A stretch of 63,121 nt of DNA, the filler included, from Atractiella rhizophila (lineage: Eukaryota), in NCBI GenBank assembly GCA_021432655.1. It is 5 parts of 5 records of this genome, joined end to end, with 100 filler letters (N's around TTAATTAATTAA, not from the genome) between each part and the next. Parts side by side here need not be neighbours in the genome. Positions count along the whole stretch, not along the records: positions 30,785 to 54,395 come from MU271211.1; positions 54,496 to 59,129 come from MU271223.1; positions 59,230 to 61,858 come from MU271233.1; positions 61,959 to 63,121 come from MU271265.1; 1 more part is not named here. One strand, given 5' to 3'. The notes under the pieces are model-generated. The model made no database searches, was not told the origin of the DNA, and saw nothing but the letters and a program-made list of their open reading frames with translations. A program made the translations under genes and the position numbers. The stretch's first letter is position 1, and the number at the start of each line of letters is the position of its first letter. Positions 51,894 to 63,121 of the stretch are shown here, piece by piece.

Positions 51894-53904
51894 ATGTCTC
51901 TCCCAGTCCTCACGCCGTCTAATGAACCCTACCTCCCACCTTTGACATTCCCTGATTCCATCGTTCGGCGAATGGTGCTCGATTACTTGGTCTATGAAGG
52001 CTATGTAGACACCGCAAAATCCTTTGCGCAAGAAGCCATTGCTGTAGAATCCGAAGACGCGATAGAGCCTGCAGAAGCGTCGACTTCTGCTCTGCCCGCA
52101 GAATACAAAGAAGATGGAAGCGATGATGACGAAGTAGAAGCGGAAGGAGAGGAGGAGGAGATGTATCATGATGCTGAGATGGCTGATGATGCTGATGTAG
52201 AGCGGTGGGAGGATGGGGATGATGACGCTGGGGAGGATCAAGAAGAACAGGTGGAGCATGATATTGGCATGCTTTCCAAAGAAGAAATCTTGAACATGAA
52301 ACGGAGAATTAGTAGGTCTCACCTTTCTTCCAGTGCACACACCTGACGTGTCTACCAGAGATCTCATCGTTGATTTCTGATGGATATCCAAATCGAGCGC
52401 TCCGAATGCTTCGATCACATTTCCCTGGTGCAATATCGGCTGTCACTCCCGTTCCTCTGCCGCTTCCACCCCTCCCTCTTCAGTTTCCCAACTTAGCATC
52501 TCCGCACTCTCAAACCATGGTCCGGTTACATGATGCTCAGACTCGAGCGTTCTATCACGGCCTGTACGATCTGGCCAAGTACAATGAATACCTCAATCAG
52601 CCGTTTGATTATTCCACAACCGAACTGGCGCTTATCATCAATCATTTTCTGCCTCCTAGCTTCCCAGCTGCCCGTGAAGACGAGCGAGATTTTCAGTTGA
52701 CTATTCAGGTTTTCGAGCGCGAGGTGTTCTTTCGGAACGTAAAGGCACGGGAGTTAAATTTTCATCTCAAAGGCGATGGCTTGAGCCCTTTTGATAAAGC
52801 GTTCATCAATATCACGAATCCGCAGATGCTCAATTGGTTCTACTGGACTGCGAACGAGGAGATGAAGAACAAGTTGAAGGAGTTCGTTGCAGAGAAAGTC
52901 AGGGAAGAGAAGACGAGAAGGAAGGAGGAGATGGAGACTGGGCCGATTTGGACGAGTGAAGAAATGTTGATTACCTACATTGACAAGCAGACAGAGAAAA
53001 TGCTCAGGACGGGATTAGAAGGGACAGGTACGTGCCACTGTTGTCATCTATCTTGACTGATGAAAAGATAGATACGAACCCTCAGACGCCAACTCCTCAG
53101 CTATTTCCGAATGATCCTCTCCCACTCCTCCGTCGTACAGCTACGCATCTGGCCTACCTATCTCGCGTCACACCAGACAAAACTCTTCTCAAGAAGCATG
53201 GACCTGGTTTTATCGGTCAAGGCAAGCCACCATCAGAGGAGGTGGATGACCGTGGGCGGGTGATTCGTTATCTTTGGGAAAAAGGCACCTGGCTGCGGCT
53301 GCGATCGGTATTCTTTGAATCCCCGATTGAAGAAGATGGGGAATCAAGGCGAAGGAAAGAGAAGAGGTGGTACAATCTCGAATTGGAGCTTAAGATCCAA
53401 TCCTTTATCGAACGTATACGGAGAATATCCCTATCTTCAGCTTCTCCTACCCAATCTCCCGCCTCCTCCCTGATCCTTTCCAACCCCGCTTCCGCCACAG
53501 CTTCTAACGCCCCTTCGCCTTCAGCCGTTACTGGTGTTGTCCCCTCTAGGCCATCCGGTGCACCGCTACTCCAAGCTTTATCACATGCCAGAACCCTGCA
53601 CCACGAAACGCAGTTGCTTCCCTCCCCTAGTGCTAGAGCAGCGGCCCTCAAGACGTATCAGAGCGTCTGGGGATTGTTAGCTTACAGCGATCTGTCCCAT
53701 GCCCCAGACGAAGTGACAAGTTGGATGGGCGAGGCAAGGAGGGAAGATGTGAGAAAGAAGGTGTGGAAGGCCACTGCATATGACGGTGCTGATTGGAGCG
53801 TCCTTGAAGCTGTCGCAAGACAGGCAGTTGGAGTGTGGGAGGTTGTGGGTGCAGGGAAAGTGCCAGGGGAGAGAGTGATGCTTGATGAATGGCTTAGGCG
53901 CTGA
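51894..53904 (+). CDS. LisH-CTLH-CRA domain protein (GID/CTLH E3 complex subunit-like)
   Basis: LisH VRRMVLDYLVYEGYVDTAKSFAQE; CTLH RIKISSLISDGYPNRALRMLRSHFPG; CRA-like LELELKIQSFIERIR...VWGLLAYSD...RREDVRKKV. Confidence 0.8.
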
Positions 53905-54627
53905 TGTTTTCGGTTCACGTCGAAGTCAATCTCATGATTTCTCTGTGTAACATTCATCAAATCATAACGATATCCACCGTATGTATACAGTCTGTATCCA
54001 TTTGTACACCATTCACAATAGAACGCTGTTGTTCAGCACTCCCTAATTAAGACAGCTCGTCTACCTTCAGCCCTGGTGAGTTTTCACGAATACGAACATC
54101 CGACTCGTTATCATGATTTGCAAGCATCCAAAAAGAAAAGGTCATGTACTCGACTAATTAAGAGAACGTCAAAATGAAACCAGGTAGCTTGACTCATCAG
54201 TCAGGTTCAAGTGTTCAAGTTGCTTGGTGCCTTCAAGTTGTTGGGGCATTGCTTGATATTGCATTATCGTGGTTGGGGCAAAATATTATTACTGGAGGAA
54301 ATCACCAGACTCCGTCAAATTCTACTTCAACTTGAAGTTAGCTATCAGTCCATCGGCCGCGCGACCCACTTCCAAACAAAATCAATAGATATGAANNNNN
54401 NNNNNNNNNNNNNNNNNNNNNNNNNNNNNNNNNNNNNNNTTAATTAATTAANNNNNNNNNNNNNNNNNNNNNNNNNNNNNNNNNNNNNNNNNNNNGGCGA
54501 CATGGACTGCTTTTCGGGTTTCATTAATTTTGGTTTTGGTTTCGTATTGTTGGCTCTTACAATTCCTGCGCAATGATGATGATGATTTGACGCTCTACAC
54601 AGCGACATTGCATTTGGTCATTGATAG

Positions 54628-55994
54628 TTACAACTTAGGCTTTTCGCCCTCCGGTCCTTTATACCACTCTACTCTCCCGACCTTATCTCGAACTTTCCCC
54701 TCCGCCAAATACTCACGATAATACTCCCACGGGCCTCCTTTGTAACTGTGCTCCTTGCGAAACGTGTCAACATGGCCGCAGCTCTCCCAGCCTATCGATT
54801 TCGCATCAATCCATCGTCCCTGGAATCTAGCGAGTGGGCAGCGGTTCATCTGATCTGTTCATGCAATGAGTATTTCAGACGGTGATGGGAAAGAGACGAA
54901 CCCCTCATAGGTTCTGTGGAACTAATCAACCTGTCATCGTTATAGCAAACCATTAAGGTATCGGTTGAATATGTCGTCTTGCCGTCAGGCGAACCTGTCC
55001 GTTCCCAGATGTAATCTTTCCGAAGCATGCCTCCCCACCAATCTTCAGCTATTCCCAACGTCATGTCCTCCCCAACGTTTGACTCCGCACCGGATAGGTA
55101 GCCAAGTTCTCTTGACAGCGCCAAAGCAGAAGATAGCCTCTTGTGAGCGGCTTCGATAGATGTAGGCGGATTCTGGTTACCTTCTTCTCGCATCTCGCAG
55201 AAGTGAACGGAGGGATTGAAGGAGCTGACAAGTAGAGCACGGGAGAAGCGGGAGGTATAAACGAGGGGAAGGAGGGTGAAGAGGGTTCCTGAGCACGCCT
55301 TTGTTAGTCTATGCATTCCTCTGCTTGAAATGCGACGGGAACTCTTACCTCCATTGCTATGTCCACACCACACTAGCTCTTCTCCTCGAAAGCGGGTAAA
55401 GATGAATTCGATGGCAGCTTTCATGTCGTTTGCCCAAGAGTGAATCATGTCCACTTGCGGAGCTGCCTTCAGAGCTTCGATCATCGATTCGCGCGATTTG
55501 AGATTCACGCCTGGCGGGTAGGATTCACCGACATATCTGAAGGAGAAGACAAAGGTGGCATGACCGTGATTTGCTAGATACCTGTGTTTATCACTGTTAT
55601 TGTTCCTTCTCGGAGGGAAAGAAGTGAGAGCTGACGTTGCAAAGTCGAAATAGAACCGAGCTGGTACGCCTGATGCCGGAGCAATGACCACGACGTTCTA
55701 CCAGACATCCGATCAGTTTCTGCGGGAGGCAGAATGCATATCAATCTACCTTCAATGGCACTTCTGCCCTGACGAATAAATAGCCCCTGGTGGGAAACGA
55801 GCCGTCTTCCGTCTTCAAAGCAACACGCTCCGGGAAAGCCTGATCTGTGTTATGCATACTTCTAGCTGTTGCTTTGCTTCGAACATTCGGGAGTGGGGAT
55901 TATAAACACGAAAGAAGGGAGACGCGATGGTGATGCTCGAGGTTGCCGGTTGAGATAACGGATCAACCGGAGGTGCTCGCGCAGCATCAGGCAT
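54628..55994 (-). CDS. Alpha/beta hydrolase, COG4757-like
   Basis: VVIAPASGVPARFYFDFA, FSFRYVGES, W.NDMKAAIEF, GHSNGG (Ser), YNDDRL (Asp), IGWESCGHVDTFR (His); several short introns; start probably MPDAARAPP. Confidence 0.75.
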
Positions 55995-56599
55995 CCCTTC
56001 TGCCCATCTAAAGGCGGCGGACTCAACTGCCACTTTTGTTACCTTAACCGTTAAGGACAGCAAGTTGACGTTTCTCTGTCCATTACTGGTTCTGCACAGC
56101 CATCATTCATTGTCATCAATTCAATTCAACAGGAGCAGCATGGAGAAGCAATGATTCGAATATTAATCAATGATGCTTGTCTCCTCAGGACCCCTAAAGC
56201 ATTGTAAAACAATTCATGAACAACATGGTTTCTCCTGGGCCTGCATCGATACAACACTCGCAGCTTCCGAATGGGCGCAGTTGTACATGTCCCCATTGCG
56301 TTTTCACACGCAAAGCGACAAAATCGACAAAAATTTCAGCTTTACACCCGAACAAACTATCTTCGTACGCCTGAGATGACCAGACCTTCATATGCTCATC
56401 GANNNNNNNNNNNNNNNNNNNNNNNNNGATCTGTTAACCCTCCATCCAGCAGGCGAAAGTACTCCTATCCTTATTTGTTGCGAACAGACGCTGCAGGTCA
56501 AAGCACGTAATACGCTGCCTTCCGCCAGCTCTTTACTCCTGCCAGGCCCTCAGCGCAAAGACCTATGTCCCGCCCTGCATCAACCCAAGTCAGCCTATA

Positions 56600-57950
56600 C
56601 AGCAGCACCATAACCACGGCCTTCGCCTCCTTATATTAGTTCTAGAAGTCGCTAGCTCCTTCGCTGTCGTAGTGACAAAACTCAAAACCCAAAGAAGAAA
56701 AACTCTTTTCTAAGCCTATCCAGCAGTAGACGTGGTGCGGAGGAGGAAGAGGAGGTCGAGACAACAACTAGGGAGGCGTTCCGGCTGTCCAGGTTTGAAG
56801 AGGAGTACAGGTTTCGTTAGGGCAGAGATAGACCCGACGTGGAGCAAAGTGTTAGATCTCGCCGCGTGACTACATTTCGGGGCAGTACGGGTTGTACCGA
56901 CGCGGTAACACGGCACTAGCCCCAATTCTTCCGTAGACTCCGCCGAACAACGCAACCCAGTCAGTTCGCGTCTCATACAACCTATCCGTAACACCCAACC
57001 GCGCCGTTTCTTCTTGACCACACTTCCAACAGCATTAATGACCGACGAAGCAGTTAACGAGCTCAGCGACTTACTAGAACTTTTAACCTCAGTCAAACCT
57101 CAGATCCCTGCTTGTTTTCCTTCGACTCCTTGGCTGGATACAAAGAAACGGGTAGAAACTGCATCACACGCTCCAGCTTCTCCTTTACCTTCTCGACCTA
57201 TACTAGCGAGGATTCGACAACCCCCTATACTCTCTACTAGACCAGCTTATCGGCTACTACGTACATTTTATAACTCCTAGTGTCATACGCCTAACACAAA
57301 TCCGCATACAGACAATCCCGTCTCGAGCACTTCCTCTAACTACGAACTTACGCTACATTCGATTTACTCTTAATACAACAATGCTACCTTACCCGAGAAG
57401 TCACGAAAAGTCACAGTCAGAATTTCGTTGCCACTTACAAAGCAGCAAAGAAAGTACGCCGTGTTACAGGGAACAGCTGAACAAGCGCAAGATACAAGGG
57501 TTGTTACAGTGCTTTGGTTTGTCTTCCGCTTTCCCGGTGCACGCGCATTTCCCCTGTTTCCCTAGAGCACAGGCACGTGTGAGATTACGGACGTTCACCC
57601 TACGCTTCTCTTGAAGCGTTCCTTTCACACCGGTAAGTTCCACCAGTCACTTTTTCGAAATGTTCTTTAAACTCGACTCTTGTGATTGTCTTATGCAACT
57701 TTGGCATATCACAAGTTCGAAGGTTGTTACTTCATGTTCGGTCCTTACCGGAGACTCGTGTAGGTCCAAAAAAGTCAGGAGACGTCACAGAGTATCACGG
57801 ACAGGCAGAAGCGTTCGGCGGAGATTGCTCGGGTTGAAGTAAAGTGAGCGAGTAACCCGACGCGAGATGCGGGAGCCATGTTGCGATGCGCGTAAACCGC
57901 CTACCCAGCTCTTCTTGGGTTAGGCTACCGAGTATGAGCGTTAGACGTTC
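56600..57950 (-). pseudogene. Hypermutated (CpA->TpA on minus strand) gene or repeat relic
   Basis: Plus-strand TpA excess and TpG loss. A minus-strand frame at about 57093-57371 has seven TAA/TAG stops and reads as protein-like when they are restored to Gln. Boundaries are approximate. Confidence 0.6.
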
Positions 57951-57969
57951 TTAGAGAGGTTGCCTAAGC

Positions 57970-59100
57970 TTGTCGGTGGAGGTGCCTGTGCTAACTGTGA
58001 CCACCTTGCTGGTACCCGTTGACCAAGCCTCCTGGTCGTCACAGATTCTACAGAATGGTCTCCTATATCGTCCGTTTGGAGCAAAGAAGAAGTTTCAGAT
58101 GGAGTTTTCGATTCCTAACCCTCCTTCACCACAACAGAGCTGTTCGCATGACATCACTTCTTCCCTCAGAGGAACATACCCTCCCGAAACTTGCCCTCCA
58201 ATATTACTGTCCACACACCTCCTGGAAACGTCTAAGGCGACTCCTCCGCCTCCGGAACTTCAGGAACCTCCTGTACGACTGCCTCACGAGCCCCCGTTCA
58301 GGGACATCTATCCCCGGCGGAATCTCCCTCCTGCATGTGAGGAGCCTACAACGTCTTCCGAACACGGTAATGCGTGGTGGGATACAACTAAAAAGGAATC
58401 ATTCGGATCCAGTCCGAATCATACTCACGTCCACAATGTCACTTTTCTACCCGAGTTGTCCTTACATGATGGTGGACGTCTCGAAGACAGACCAAATGAA
58501 GGAGACTGGCGTGTCACGGGCTGTTGCCGCGTAGGAGGAAATGGAGAGGAACAGTGCAATTATATTGCACAACCGCCGCCGTACTTTGGAACGAAAATGG
58601 GGCATGGTGAAGGAGAAGAGCGGGACCAGGTCCGAATGAGGTTGCAGAGGAAAGACAATGCTCTCAACGCAGGACAAAATCCTGAAGCAAAAGAGCAACC
58701 TGAGGCTGCTGACAACAATTTGACGCAGGGCACTGGTCCGAGATGCCGAGGAGGAGTTGATGCAAGAGTTGGGGAACATGATCGAATCGAGAACGAGGCG
58801 ATCTACGTTCCAGGGAGAACGCTAGATTATCGATACCTGCTTCCTCATACCGAGCAGCGTAGGGCATTGAGCTTCATTGAGTCCGAGGTTTGGGAGGAGC
58901 CTGATCCTGATTCCGAAGAAGGCGATGGGAGCCACAAATCCCAGGCCGAGGAAGAGCTTCGCGATGTTGGTGGTGAGGAGGGACATGCCCAGGACGACGC
59001 AGATGTTGAGGAGAAGGGAGGCAAAGCTGAGGTGGAAGACGATGCAAGTGAAGAGTGGGATTGCGATCTCTATCCCGACGACTCAGACGAGGAGGTTTAA
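57970..59100 (+). CDS. Hypothetical Pro-rich/acidic protein
   Basis: 376-codon open frame (first Met at about 58099); no recognised domain; lies between the hypermutated segment and a gap. Confidence 0.5.
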   Translation: MSVEVPVLTVTTLLVPVDQASWSSQILQNGLLYRPFGAKKKFQMEFSIPNPPSPQQSCSHDITSSLRGTYPPETCPPILLSTHLLETSKATPPPPELQEPPVRLPHEPPFRDIYPRRNLPPACEEPTTSSEHGNAWWDTTKKESFGSSPNHTHVHNVTFLPELSLHDGGRLEDRPNEGDWRVTGCCRVGGNGEEQCNYIAQPPPYFGTKMGHGEGEERDQVRMRLQRKDNALNAGQNPEAKEQPEAADNNLTQGTGPRCRGGVDARVGEHDRIENEAIYVPGRTLDYRYLLPHTEQRRALSFIESEVWEEPDPDSEEGDGSHKSQAEEELRDVGGEEGHAQDDADVEEKGGKAEVEDDASEEWDCDLYPDDSDEEV

Positions 59101-59229
59101 CGAGTGTTGATGCTGATGAACAGGTTTCTNNNNNNNNNNNNNNNNNNNNNNNNNNNNNNNNNNNNNNNNNNNNTTAATTAATTAANNNNNNNNNNNNNNN
59201 NNNNNNNNNNNNNNNNNNNNNNNNNNNNN

Positions 59230-61724
59230 CTCGTTCACCACTTTTCCTTCTTCACCATCTTCACCTTTCACTCCGCCTTTTCCCTAACATGACCAATCCC
59301 ATCGCATATCCTGCAGCTTCACCAGCCACTGCGTCATCAGAGAAAAGGACGACTTTAAGATCTTCGTAGACCTCCCACGATCCCGAAGAGAGGTGTGCAA
59401 CCCCAGTCCAAGTGCGGCACCATGTTTGAATCGTTGGTGAAGCGCCAAAAGAACGGAGGACGCGAAGAAGGAATCCGGTGACTTCAGCTTCTGGATGATT
59501 GGCGTGGACGAGTCCGAGAGCGAAGCAGGCGACCTCCTTCGCTATACTCCGACCCACCTGAACCACCAGGTGCGCTTCCGTCTGCAGATGGAAGGTACGG
59601 TCGAAGGACGCTCATCGCACCTTGGAGATTTCCTCGATGAATGACCCCCAAAGCGGTGGTAGCGGTGAACTTTGACCAGTTCGACGCACGGGCGAGCCAG
59701 TCCAGATTCTCTCTCAGGAACTGATCTGAGGTCGTTCCGGAATGAGCAAAGGCATTCGCGAACGACATCGCAGAGTGGTAAACCGAGTTGCGCAGTTCTA
59801 ACGATTCCTTGATATTCTTCAATATCAGCAAGTCCGCCTTGTTATTTCGGACCAGGAACTCGAGCTGAAATCGTGTCGACACTTCACCAGTCAGAATCTT
59901 CATTACTCGTTCCATGTCTTCTGGATCAGCTGAGTAGGACGATTCGGAGGTGAGACAGGTACGGATATCAGCGATAAAGTCTTGTGACCCTGTGGACGAG
60001 AGGTCGAACGCTATTTGATAAGCCATGAGGACGTCCGAAGGAGTTGGGGAGGACAAGAGCTTGAGCAGAAGCTGAGAGGAGGATCCGCTGGCTGATAGGA
60101 GGACGAAGCAACGAGTGATGGAAAAATAATCCGGAGTCGCGAGGGTCGAGAAAAGCGAAATCAAAAGGTTCAAGACCTAACCACGAGTCCGCTATTACTG
60201 CTAGCAATAAAGAAAGAAAGGCGTACCTGTTCTCTCCACTCCGCTTCTCTCTTACCTCCCCCTTCTCCTCCCATAGCTATGGCGTCGAGGACGTACTCCA
60301 GCAAACTAGAATCCTTGGAAAGTTTGAAAGCTTTCTGTAAGACATCCAGCCGCTTCGAATCCAGAGCGAGGCCGATCGCCTGTTTGTACTCCCCGTCGTC
60401 TAAGCAGGTCTGAAAGATGGTCTCGATAATGTTCAGCAGCCGGGTATCCTCTTCTTTAGGCGGTTCTTTGGCATTGCGGATGGAGATATATTGGTCGATA
60501 CAGGTAGCTGGAGGGATACATTAGCCTTTCTTCGGCATAGAGAGAAGGGAGGTCAAAGATGCAATGCACAATTGCTTGTGGTATGCATTGCATTTAATGG
60601 TGACTGTAAAAGTTCACGACGTCAGACGTAGACATCGTCAACCGAGAAAAGCACAAAGCAGCTTTATAGACCATCACCATAGTGCACACAGGAAACTCGA
60701 GGTGAGATTTGTCTCCCAGCTTGACTGGGGTTAAAATTTGTAACAGCATCCTTCAAGGGTCCTTTTCCGTCACCTCTGGAACGACATCTTCCCCTGACCA
60801 TGAGAATTTAGACGCTGACAGGCACACCTTCTGGTGAGGACGATGGCAAAACGTCCTTGTCCATCCTCCATCGACAGGTAAAGCAGAAAGAATAGTGGAT
60901 TGTATCTATTCTCGCTTGCTTAGAAAGAAAAGAAGAAAAACACCAATTGACTCGGGACAAAGCATCTTTGTCATCGAAGTCTCACAACTCCTGGAGTCTC
61001 ACAGACGATGGAGTAGCTTCATGACGTGCGTCTTCAACAGCCAAAGAGTCTATCCTGCTGCCGCAGCATCTCTGACCAACGGGCAAGTGGAAGGACAGAG
61101 TGTTTCTCTCCCAATTTCCTCTCGAAACATTAAGGGAGAAATATGGCCAGGCAACTTCCTAGTTATCATTTCCCTCAGGCAGATTTACCTTTTGTCTGCT
61201 CTTATGCAGGGATTCGAATTCTCTCTTCAGCACAACATCTCATCAAACCCTCTCACTCTCCAAAAAGTAGAAAAGAGAGGTAATGGAAAGGAAAAAGGAA
61301 GAACGCACCGACGACAGCCTCGACCCATTCGTCACCTCCACTCTGAAACTTTGCCTTTCCAAACCCCCAAATCTCCTCCCCAGCCCCCAGTGCGAACTCA
61401 AGCGCCTCCGTCTGGTTCCCCAGATGCCAATGTACGCGGGAGAGGATGGTAGCAGCGAGGCGACGGTCTTTTTCTGACGGGCTGCTCTCGTATATGATTT
61501 CCAACTGTCCACCAACCACTCCAGTCAGCAGGAACTCCACAAGGACATGTGGTTAGGAGGGAGGAAATGGCTCCGCTTACGCGTGAGAGGGAGTTGGAGA
61601 TCTCGAACCAGAAGAGGTCGACAACGGTGGAGAGCGTCGTGAGCGCGTGGGTGACGAGTGTTGGCGTTGGTTCGTCGAGGAGAGAGAGAAGGCCGAGGGA
61701 AGAGGTCAGCGCTGGTGGCGACAT
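59230..61724 (-). CDS. RPN2: 26S proteasome regulatory subunit Rpn2/PSMD1 (3' half lost in gap)
   Basis: LTSSLGLLSLLDEP, VVDLFWFEIS, ALEFALGAG, EYKQAIGLALDSKRLD, MAYQIAFDL, AFAHSGTTSDQFLRENLDWLARASNWSKFTATTALGVIHRG, AVAGEAAGYAMGLVMLG; 801-nt second intron (60508-61308); three apparent 1-nt indels near the contig end. Confidence 0.96.
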
Positions 61725-61958
61725 GTTATGCTTCGTGTGGAGCGTGTTGAGGATATGCTGGTGCTGGACAATGGAATGAGAAGAGTTAGTCGTTCAAAGT
61801 TGCTGTGAGATTTGGAGACGCGTAACTATTCGTGAAATCTCCCTTCTTCTTTCACACANNNNNNNNNNNNNNNNNNNNNNNNNNNNNNNNNNNNNNNNNN
61901 NNTTAATTAATTAANNNNNNNNNNNNNNNNNNNNNNNNNNNNNNNNNNNNNNNNNNNN

Positions 61959-62674
61959 GGGCTAACAAGTATGCCTCCTTCAGTGTTGCCCTGCTTAGTT
62001 TTGCTGACATTTCTGTCGTGAAGGAGCACAATGGCCTGGGGACTTGAAGCTCGTGTACCTTTCCTCGATAAAGAGTTCCTATCGGTTTCGATGGATATTC
62101 GACCCGAGGAGAAGATGTTTGGTTCGAAGGAGGTGGATGCTCAGGGACGACCGAAGATGGAGAAGGTGCATTTTTCTTTATTTCCATCTTAGGAGGAGCC
62201 TTATCCATCACCGTCAGTACATTTTGCGCAAAGCCTTCGACATCTCTCCTGGAGGACGACCGTACCTTCCAGACTCCATTCTCTGGCGACAAAAGGAACA
62301 ATTTTCGGACGGTTTGAGCTTTCTTCCATCGCATATTCTGTCTGTCTTAAAACCAGCGTAGGCGTAGGCTACTCTTGGATCGACGGCATGAAGGAACATG
62401 CCTCAAAGGTCGTCACCGACGAGCAGCTGTCATCCGCCAAAGATCGCTGGCCGCTCGCTACGCCTGACACAAAAGAAGCATACATGATCAGGGAGATGTT
62501 CGAAAGCCATTTCCCTGGTGAAACAGCCGCAGGAACCGCTGTCAGGTGAGCTCCATCCTTCCGTGGGCTGCGTACATTCTGATTTTGCGACACAGATGGG
62601 TGCCGAGAACAGATTGGGGTTGTAGCTCTGATCCCTCAGGACGAGCTCAGGCTGTTCATGAGAAAGCTTACTGA
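61959..62674 (+). CDS. ASN1: Asparagine synthetase (glutamine-hydrolysing), 3' part only
   Basis: [92 protein letters not shown]. Confidence 0.95.
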
Positions 62675-62979
62675 ATGTACCCGCAGGCCGTCTGACTCTG
62701 TGGGAACAATCGTGGTCTACGACACCACATTATAGATTTAATTTTGTGTTCATTGGGTTTGACTTGCTCATCGTAGCAATACAGGAATCCTTTTTAAGTA
62801 GAAGCTTAGTGCAGAGCGCTCTTACTCATTAGGGAACCTGATGTGTACTTACCATGTTCTAGAACTACTTTCGGATGTTAGAGGAATTGCATGCTTCCGC
62901 TTGCAGCATGGTGCACAATACGTTGCCTTGTTCCTACACTCCATCTATTCGATCCCACGTGGTGATTGGCGCTTCTTGT

Positions 62980-63121
62980 TTAACCTCGTCTCCCTGCAAG
63001 CTCTGCTGGCACCCTGAGCCTAGTCTTCAGCGAATCTTCTTCCAAGATCCTTGTTTTGAATTTATCGCTATTGAGTTCGTCCAGGTCCCAGTTAACGCTA
63101 AAGTATCGTCCACTAAGCCAA
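62980..63121 (-). CDS. 3' end of a short-chain dehydrogenase/reductase
   Basis: WLSGRYFSVNWDLDEL...ILEEDSLKTRL is typical of the C-terminus of a fungal SDR subfamily; only about 46 codons are visible. Confidence 0.6.
   Translation of the reverse strand, partial: WLSGRYFSVNWDLDELNSDKFKTRILEEDSLKTRLRVPAELAGRRG

Noticed and set aside
59400..59535. Frameshifts in RPN2 suggesting a pseudogene or programmed frameshifting
   Set aside because: Three 1-nt indels (near 59531, 59425-59427 and 59401-59404), two in homopolymers and all near a contig end. Correcting them restores EGGACFALGL and IQHGAALGLGVA, so they are most likely sequencing errors in an essential gene.
61903..62334. 143-aa minus-strand ORF
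   Set aside because: Antisense shadow of the spliced asparagine synthetase exons on the plus strand.
1..63121. CRISPR arrays, rRNA genes, intact transposons and prokaryotic operons
   Set aside because: No regularly spaced repeat-spacer array, rRNA-like block, or intact RT/integrase/transposase ORF with LTRs or TIRs was seen; the DNA is intron-rich and eukaryotic.

Overview
Gene-dense eukaryotic DNA from a fungus, most likely a basidiomycete (inferred from 45-65 nt GT-AG introns with CTRAC/CTAAC branch points, high intron density and protein style). It is a draft scaffold with five N-gaps; four carry an artificial TTAATTAATTAA spacer and three of those cut genes. About 24 spliced or partial protein genes are supported: a probable SYCP2/Red1/Rec10-like meiotic axis gene, UBC9, a Ulp2-type SUMO protease, mitochondrial MDH, an F-box/LRR protein, a SET-Tad3 fusion, an ING/PHD protein, a secreted epoxide hydrolase with an internal 1.1 kb duplication, GUP1, PRE7, a Dsc2-like protein, a HUL5-like HECT ligase, a BTB-like fragment, glucosylceramide synthase, UPF1, an amino-acid permease, a P-loop protein, PPT1, PRP9, a LisH/CTLH protein, a COG4757-like hydrolase, RPN2, and 3' ends of asparagine synthetase and an SDR. 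There are two tRNA genes (Ala-CGC; intron-containing Tyr-GTA). Best leads: (1) the SET methyltransferase-Tad3 fusion; (2) a strand-asymmetric CpA->TpA (RIP-like) hypermutated segment near 56.6-57.9 kb; (3) the tight axis-protein/UBC9/ULP2 trio; (4) the in-frame epoxide hydrolase duplication; (5) three 0.8-1 kb introns in ING, UPF1 and RPN2. All exon structures were spliced by eye and all family calls come from recalled motifs, not database searches. CDS coordinates are gene spans including introns.
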